DNA of 58,667 bases, counting the filler, from Porpidia crustulata (lineage: Eukaryota): assembly GCA_964255105.1 (NCBI GenBank). It is 5 parts of 5 records of this genome, joined end to end, with 100 filler letters (N's around TTAATTAATTAA, not from the genome) between each part and the next. Parts side by side here need not be neighbours in the genome. Positions count along the whole stretch, not along the records: positions 47,029 to 58,667 come from CAXUWE010000623.1; 4 more parts are not named here. One strand, written 5' to 3'. Shown here one piece after another: positions 50,993 through 58,667 of this stretch (position 1 is the stretch's first letter; every line of letters starts with the position of its first letter). The position numbers and the translations under genes are program-made. Under the pieces are notes generated by a model that worked only from the letters and a program-made list of their open reading frames with translations, made no database searches and had not been told where the DNA came from.

Positions 50993-52084
50993 AGCGGTCA
51001 AAGAGGGCACGCGATGAAGCTTGTAGTAAGACGCGAGCGGGATTGCCTTGAGAGGGGGCCAGAATGCGCCGTTAGAAGTCAATGTTTTTGGCGGAGAATG
51101 AAGATCAACGTCGGCGGCGGGTACGTAGCTGGGAACGAGCTTTGCGGTAGACAATGGTTGGTCATCTAGCGTTGGAGTACAATTAACATCATTAATTTCA
51201 TCGAAGAGTCGGAAACGGTCAATATCATTTTCGTCCCCCTCGGCTGGAGCCGACCGTTGAAGATCAGGGACCATGACGGGCCGGCAAGGCAGGAAGACCT
51301 GCCCACTCACTGCCCAGAAGCTATTCACCCAGTCTTTTTCTTGTACAAATACGTACAATCCAAAGTCTATGGCTATTAGAATTCGATTCAATATGTCGGC
51401 CTTGCAACGAGGAAGGGCTTGTTACACAAGCTTCATATCAAGATATTCAGATATTTATAAGCCTACATCGCAAGTAGCAGATGGCCACCTTTACCAATTC
51501 TCCATGGCACAGATCACAAGATGCTAACCTCGTCTCATTTGAGTTTTGCCTAGATATCTTTCAATTCTCTAGGATAATCACTTTGCGACCCTGTTGCAGC
51601 TTTGCGTATCAATCAGCCTAGAAGTTTCATCGCAATTCTGATACGAGCTTTCCGGCGCCTATGGTCAGGTATGAGGACCTGTACACGGCCTGGGAGCAGC
51701 AAATGTGACGTGGTATTGCGCTTAGTGAACGCGACAGCCGAAGTTCCATATCCCTTGCGTCTTGTTCTACAAAGCCCAAGGTAGGAAATACCGAGGCGCT
51801 TTATGAGTGTCCATACGTCAATCTTGGAGGGTCTCAGCGCTGTGCACAGAGCACGCGACACTGACTAGGATTGCAAAGGCCTGAGAATCAGCGTTCCGCT
51901 GCCCCATGGCATTTCTCAACCAGCGAACATAATGGGGTTTTGCACAGCTGTATTGTCTAACATGAAGATCAGGGGTGACAAGCGTGCAAGGCTTGATCGT
52001 TGTGGCTACCCCGGATTCCCCCATGCTATTGCGCTTCGGAGGCGGATGTAAATGGTGTGTTCTGCACGCTCGGATCTTCCGCCG

Positions 52085-54022
52085 TCATTTCGGCACTTCT
52101 GAATCATAGCCTTCAAAGCCAACGCTGTCCATCCAATCAGCTTTGTGCAAGACCGAATCAGTTTGATCCGTCAGGTATTTCTCTAGTCGTTTTCGGATAA
52201 TAATATCGCTCACAGCCAATATCCGCACCGCAAGCTGCGCGGCATTGATCGAATTGTTGATGGCAACCGTGGCAACAGGGCACCCTCTCTGTCAATAATC
52301 AGTAACCTGATCCGGAGCAAGGAATTTGTGACTAAGAAACATGGTTGACGGACAGGCATTTGAGCGATGCTTAGTAGGCTGTCCATGCCATCCAAAACGC
52401 TACCCTTTACGGGTATTCCGATAACCGGAAGCGGCGAAATAGCAGCAATCATCCCAGGCAGGTGGGCTGCACCCCCAGCAGCCGCGATGATGACTTTGAT
52501 TCCTTTTTTTGCTGCAGTTTGGGCAAAGTCGAACATTCTGCTCGGTGTCCGATGAGCTGACGTAATTGTGACGCTATGGGGGATCTTGAGCTCTTTCAGA
52601 AGGTTGATTCCAGGTGCAAGAACAAAGCGATCCGAGTCTGAACCCATAGTGATCGCGACCAAGGGCGACCCAACAAGGTTTGAGTCGTTCAATGATGTCT
52701 TCGGAGCAGAAGCTTGGGACTGGGCAGGCGCAGCTGTCGTGGGATCCACCTTTTCTTCCCGAATGCGATCCACGAGCTTTACCAGAGGGTCAATCCGATC
52801 TTCGGCGCCTGTCATCGAACTCGCTAAGACGGTGACATGGCCCATCTTCCGTCCAGGGCGGGCTTCTCCCTTCCCGTATAAGTGGAGTCTCGCCCCTGGA
52901 ATTGATAAGGCTAGTTGAGCCGCTAGAAGATGCGAGTTGGTTTGCGCCCCTCCCAGGATATTGAGCATAATGGCGGAAGTGTTCATAACATTAAAGTCGA
53001 GGCTCTCTTTAGGTATTGGTAATCCAAGAATGGCTCTTAGGTGGGCATCGTATTGCGATATTGGGCACGCTTCGATGGTGTAATGACCCGAATTGTGAGG
53101 CCGGGGCGCAATCTCGTTGATCAATAGCTCCCCTGGATCATTAGCTTTAGAACGTCATCTGGAGTGGCCTCTGGGACTCACCGTCACCCAGCAGGAACAT
53201 CTCTACACCAAAGACACCTTTGCCCCAAAATCCCGCAACGGCGCGTCTAGCTAAATCTTGCGCCCTTTGCATTACTACAACTGAAACATTTCGCGCAGGT
53301 GCGTATACCATTTTGCAAATGCTGTCTTCATGAACGGTTTCAACCACCGGAAACGCCATAGTTGCCGTTTCCCATTCATTCGTAGGCTCATCCTGGGTCT
53401 TGATTACCATAACCGCCAATTCTGACGTAAAATTCGCCCATCGTTCAGCGTACAAAGGACGGTCTTGCAGTGCTGCCAGGCCTGTGCGTATCTCAGTCGC
53501 AGATCTGATCGGATAGTTTCCTCGCCCATCGTAGGCCTCTGTTCTCGACTTGAGCATGAAAGGATATTGAAACTGCTCGGCGATTTGTTCAAGCTCTCTG
53601 ATGCTGTGATTTTTCAATGGGACCGAGTGCGCGGTAGATATTCCATGCTTAAGAAGATGCTCTTTCTGGTGGAATTTGTCCTGGATTACCCTGATAGTTT
53701 TCCAATTCGGCTGAACTTCAACTTTGGTGCTTTTCACTAATTTCCGGTCCCCTCTGGTTGTCGTGCCGGTTGACAATTCCTCTAGTATGTCGGTGTTAAC
53801 ATGCTCAATTTCCACGGTCAGAACATCACATTTGCCTGCCAACTGACTGATGGAAGAAGCGTCAGTAAAAGACCCAGTGACATGATTGGGGTGTGCATTG
53901 ATCTGCTTTGCCGGAGAATCTTCGACATCCAACGTCACAATGTCAATGTTAAGTCGGTTTGCAGCTTCAGTCAGCATACGACCCAGCTGTCCGCCTCCAA
54001 GGACACCGACTATTTTGTTCAT
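52085..54022 (-). CDS. ade2: Phosphoribosylaminoimidazole carboxylase (PurK-PurE fusion)
   Basis: ATG 54022 MNKIVGVLGGGQLGRM. Motifs YDGRGN, INEIAPRPHNSGH, MGSDSD, SAHRTP, AGGAAHLPG and MP-RGCPVATVAINNSINAA. Two introns (~53180-53133, ~52352-52288). Confidence 0.97.
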
Positions 54023-54399
54023 CCTACCGTAGGATGTATCCACCTTTTTGTGCACGATTGTGAATTTTTAGAGAATTACATGTTATGGTGCAAAATCATT
54101 GGTACAATTCTAATGTGGAGCACGGGATATCATGTGAAAGTTGCATTTTTATTAATAATGGAAACTTCCACAATATTTAAATAGCATTGGTAGTCATGTA
54201 GTGTATTACCAACCGTAAGATTACTTTTCGGGTCCAGTCTACACGGGCCAAATGAAATGGATTGACCTCGTTACAGTCAAGCATCACAGAAAGATATAGC
54301 GGCGAGGCTGTTTTATACTGTTGTAAAAAGAATTGAGAAGGTAAAATATCGCTCACGCTTTTCCAGTACTCTAAGCCGAAGATCTCAGACTATGGTGTT

Positions 54400-56841
54400 G
54401 GCAATACACATCCTCCTGGACTGGCACATCCAAATACGCTGCACTCAACACAGCTCAGGTCCACTCCTCCACCTTCAACCAGTCGACATGACTGTTCTAC
54501 CTGGTCAACGACTGTAAATCATAATGATTCGAGTGGCATCAAAACGCAGGTACCGAATTGAGGACGCCCTCCAGTGTGCGAGTCACGTCTCTAAAACACA
54601 AGCGCCCTGCCGGCTTTGCTCGGATCTCCTCCCCGCTTAAAGCCCTAAACTAAGGATGGAGAAATCGACTAAATCTATTTCCTGGGGTCTGGGTATGGCC
54701 TGTTGGGTTGGGGGTGGACTCTTCTCATTGCTCCGGTGGATCTGGGGTGCAGGATGACCCCCTGTAGGTTGAAGTACAACGTCAGCCAGGTCATCCTACA
54801 AGGCAATCAGCAATCAGCAAACCACCTCTGTTGCGACACAACTTGATTTTTGTGAAACCGCCTCACCGCACACCAGTCGCTGATGGCATGACCAGCACAC
54901 CAAAATCTTATGTGGTACGCGTTCCTCTTGCAGACATACACTCTAGTGGCCTCGGACGTGTAGATGACGGCCACATGCTACATAGGACAATGCCCAAATA
55001 AGCCAGATTAATTTCGCCCTATCAGTAAGACGCAGTAGAGTAATACGCATCCGCGTCAGTAGTACCTTAGCCCGTAAGGTACCTGACGGTGTTTGATGAC
55101 CCCATCCTTGCAACAACGTGCGCTGGCTCTTTACCTTAGTTTTCCAGCATCCTTCCAGACTCCATCCTGCTTCTGACATTTGTTCTGGCGGTAAGATCGG
55201 CTTTCGGGGGCTGGAGCTCCCCCTTCCCCGGCGATAGTAGATATTAATTATCCTTGTATATGTGTCCCTGCTTAAACTGTGACCTGGTATTAGGCTGATG
55301 AATAAAGCTGGGCATCTCCCCCCAGCTTAATCATTTTTTCCAGCCACAAGTATATCCTGAACTTCGAGCTTGTAGTCAGCTGTTATCGAATCTCTCCTTG
55401 CATACTACTCTCATATCTGCTCATGCTCCTAAAAGTTATCAATCGATCCTCAGACTGATCGTTAAAAATGTGAGCAGATCGCCTCACTAGCCTTGGATTT
55501 TGTGTTCCCTTGTTTGAACATTATGGATTGCAGTTAACAAAGTTATAGCTCGCACGACTATTACGACTATCACAATTGGAGGTCAACTGCAAAGGTTGAC
55601 ATCCACCCATATCATCATACAGCTCATTCGACCATCACCATGACTTCTTCAAACCCCCAGAACCGTCCTAGACTAGCCCTCGCCAGTCCCAATACCTTCA
55701 GCCAAGATCTCTCGGTCGCCATTCTAGCCTCGCCTCGACCGAAATTTACCCTCAATACAGATCCACGATCTACTTTTCATCAGCCGCCGCCCCCGCCACC
55801 ATCACCAGTGGGCTTCGCAGCCTCGTCAAACGAATGGTCGTCCTATAAAAGAGAGTCGGCGGCAATGGTCTCTTAAGGGTTAATCATGGGAGATGGCGTT
55901 GGGCGATGCAATCTCTTGGGCTCAAGGATCACCTCTTGTAAATTTCTCCATCTCGATATTTGGGCACTGGGGGATTGGCGCAGCCCTCTGTTTAGTTATC
56001 GAGGGCATTAACGTTCGTGTCTCATGTACCGATACATCTTTGAATAAAACCTTTTCACCTTCTGGACGTGCACTTGGTTGGATGCGGTTGTTCATCCACA
56101 ACCTCTTATTTCTAGCTCGCTCCTTTTCGTAGGTCGACAGTCTATTATCGTTCCTCTGTTTTACCGTCCTGCAGTCCTTCCATGGATCTTTCCTCCTAGC
56201 GACGCGGAAAATTCAGGATTGAATGGAATTTGGATCTGATTCTTTAGGTAGAAACCGCCCTAGGTAATTCGCCAAAGTGGGATATCTAATCGAGTTTTCC
56301 ATCGTCCTGTATGGTCTATGCCTGTCCGATACCCCATGCGGCTCGTTTGATAACTTGTTCACCGAGCAAACCCATCGATGCTGGATCAATGTATCTTGAC
56401 AGCCAACACCCGTATGCTGCTTGTGCGATTTGGGAAGCTTGACCAGTAACAGTGTCAGATGTCCACAAAGATGCTACGGATTTACAATAAAGGCAGGAGG
56501 AGGAGTCTGCCGTGCCAGAAACGCCGGGACAGCCCGTCAAAAGGTAGGCATCGTTATGGACAATGCGCCAGTCATTCATGACTATCGGCGTTGCTGTTGT
56601 AGTCTTGGCACCAACCTACTAGATACGTGCAAGATTGTTGTTGTTGGCCGTCAGTGGAATGTTTCATGTCTCATCTAAGGCGGCATCCTAGTCACCGGCT
56701 AGTTCGACTGGACTGCTGCTCAAAGGGAAGACATTCATACACGCATCGAAGTACTCTGGCCAAGCGGAAGACTAGATTGATGGGTTGACCCAAGCCAAAA
56801 AAGGAATTCAAAATTTCGCATTTATGTTTTTGATTTTCTCG
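54400..56841 (+). ncRNA. Long structured non-coding RNA, candidate telomerase RNA (boundaries approximate)
   Basis: No credible ORF. More than ten nested 7-14 bp helices whose G:U pairs favour the + strand. Template-like TAAAGCCCTAAA at 54638-54649 directly after a 5' boundary stem. U-rich tract plus GT at ~56824-56847. Confidence 0.6.
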
Positions 56842-57685
56842 GTAAAAGAGAACCGAACAGCATGAAATCAATTTCATTAGGAGCTGATACAGATACATAT
56901 AATGGGTTAGCAAAGAACAATGTGCATTATGTTTTGTACAAACTTCGCAAACGAATCCTCCCTCTCACTCCGGAGCAAGACCCATCCTGCTTCTCACGCT
57001 TCCGCTGTCTAAGATTCACAAATCACCGAGGCCTCCTCGAGTATCAAGAAAACGACGACGGTGTACAGCATTCCGACGCGAAATATGTCCCTTATCAAGA
57101 TCTTCGTCAACAATAGAATTGGGGTTCACCAAGAGATCCTCTGTACTCTAGACACGATTAGGGATGTCAAAGAAATTTACTTTAATAAAGCTAGGGACAA
57201 AGCAATGACGATGAGGCGACAAGGTTAGCGGCTATTGAAAGACCACTTGACGTTGGAGGATTATGAGATAGGGAATGCTTCTTTTATAAAATTGGAGATG
57301 GATACGGTGACCGGTCAGCGACACGCATCGAGATCGCCTTAATTGTGACTTGTTTAGATTGTCAAGCTAGAGAGCAATAGAAATGGAAACGATATTCCAG
57401 GCCCACTTAGCGATGTGATTGCGCCTGTAGCCAAGCGACTCACGCCAGTCGATCCCAGTCATCAGATTCTATGTTTTATCGAAAATCATACTTACCCAAC
57501 CAACCAATGTGCCAACATATCTTCCACAGCCATTGTAAGCCCTGCCATACTAATCCGTCGATCAGCCGCTGCGGGAGCGGACGCTACTAAAAGCGAGATA
57601 ATCCGAATAAAAAAGAAAATGATCTGTGGGATCTAAACTTCTTTCAAGACATCAATAATCACAATCGTACAAAATAGCTCACAAT

Positions 57686-58667
57686 ATGCGTCACTCAAAA
57701 CCCTTGGTAGCTGCTAAAAAGCAAAGATCAGTACAGCAGCCCCTGCCAACAATGTACGATGAGGATTCAGATGTTTTTGAAGGAGTTCACAGTGATGGTG
57801 CAATGGAGAAGGATGACATTGAATTAGAGCTTGAAAAATATGTGTTCGGCGATGATGCAGGCTTCCATGAGGATATCAAACTCCATCAAGGAGATGCACT
57901 CTCAAGAATAGCGTTCGAAATGGAAGATGAACAAGATGCTAAACAATCGTCAGCCGAAGACGAAGCGCTGCAAGGCGTAGACGACGCGGATGTACGTAGT
58001 GTGACCAATTGGCATGTCTCTAGAGGCAAGAGACTCATAGAGGTGCTAGCTCTTCTTCCTTGATTCTGCTCCATCGGCCTTAGCAAACGCAGACTTGGCG
58101 CTCGCACAAACCTCGGACATTGACCAAGATGCACATCACTATAGCTCCCCTGCAGCATGGGTCGATAGTGACGATGAGCGTATGGTTGTATCATTGGCAT
58201 CTAATCCTAGGCTACGAAAATTACGGCTCGCTGAGTCCGAAGATCTTGTCAATGGCAAAGAATACACCAAGCGGCTACGACAACAATTTGAAAGGCTATA
58301 TCCCGCGCCTGAATGGGCCAACCCTTTGTCAGCCAAGACCTCTTCCCAGAGGAAACGAAGGCGGACTTTGGACTCGAATAATTCAGGCGACGATGCATCC
58401 GCTGACGACGTGTCTGTCGGCTCCGATGACCTCTCTGTCCAACCGCTAGCCAAACTCCTCCAGTCAACCACCAATTTCGTCCAGTCCACAGATTCCGAAA
58501 CTGCTTCCACTCGAAGGAAGCTTCGTCCCGAAGTCATCGACATCCAGCGCACCAAAGACGTCAGTGGCGTTCAACCTGTGAATAGCCCTTTCTCTATTCC
58601 GCTGCCCTGAGACTAACATTGCCTTAGTCCGCAATAACATCCCTGGCCTTTCACCCCTCCCACTCCC
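57686..58667 (+). CDS. utp18: U3 snoRNP / SSU processome WD40 protein Utp18, 3'-truncated
   Basis: Motifs ELEKYVFGD and AAWVDSDDERMVVSL...RLRKLRLAESEDLVNGKEYTKRLRQQFERLYPAPEWA, then IDIQRTKD and SAITSLAFHP. Introns 57992-58049 and 58578-58627. Confidence 0.9.

Noticed and set aside
56200..56220. GGAAAATTCAGG as an RNase P/MRP conserved region I
   Set aside because: Imperfect match, no matching CR-V partner found, and the segment already pairs with 56292-56300.
55640..56678. Short ORFs inside the ADE2-UTP18 interval
   Set aside because: All under 90 aa, with no recognisable motifs and no consistent splicing into a gene. Secondary structure explains the region better.

Overview
Intron-rich DNA from a filamentous ascomycete (Pezizomycotina); the narrower lineage cannot be fixed from sequence alone. 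The window is not one locus. It is five separate ~11.6 kb contigs of non-increasing length (1-11670, 11771-23426, 23527-35182, 35283-46928, 47029-58667) joined by artificial 100-bp N44-TTAATTAATTAA-N44 spacers, so synteny only holds within a contig. Contig 1: a divergent sulfur-scavenging pair (Dal5/Seo1-like MFS permease + TauD/Jlp1 dioxygenase), a three-gene module (membrane-anchored P-loop GTPase, coiled-coil protein with a GrpE-like C-terminus, HSPA12-like atypical Hsp70) and the end of a pogo/Fot1 transposon. Contig 2: a hypothetical coiled-coil protein, a GH5 exo-1,3-beta-glucanase, an aberrant tRNA-like element, a Kre9-like GPI protein and a partial aldehyde dehydrogenase. Contig 3: She4/UNC-45, two divergent Zn-dependent dehydrogenases, MHF1/CENP-S, two small secreted proteins and a transposon end. 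Contig 4: two hypothetical proteins and a decayed phenylalanine ammonia-lyase. Contig 5: GDH2, ADE2 and partial UTP18. The most notable feature is a ~2.3 kb densely base-paired non-coding region between ADE2 and UTP18. It has the layout of a fungal telomerase RNA, and its only template-like motif (TAAAGCCCTAAA) would specify a non-canonical TTTAGGGC telomere repeat. All structures and exon boundaries were derived by eye and need computational confirmation.
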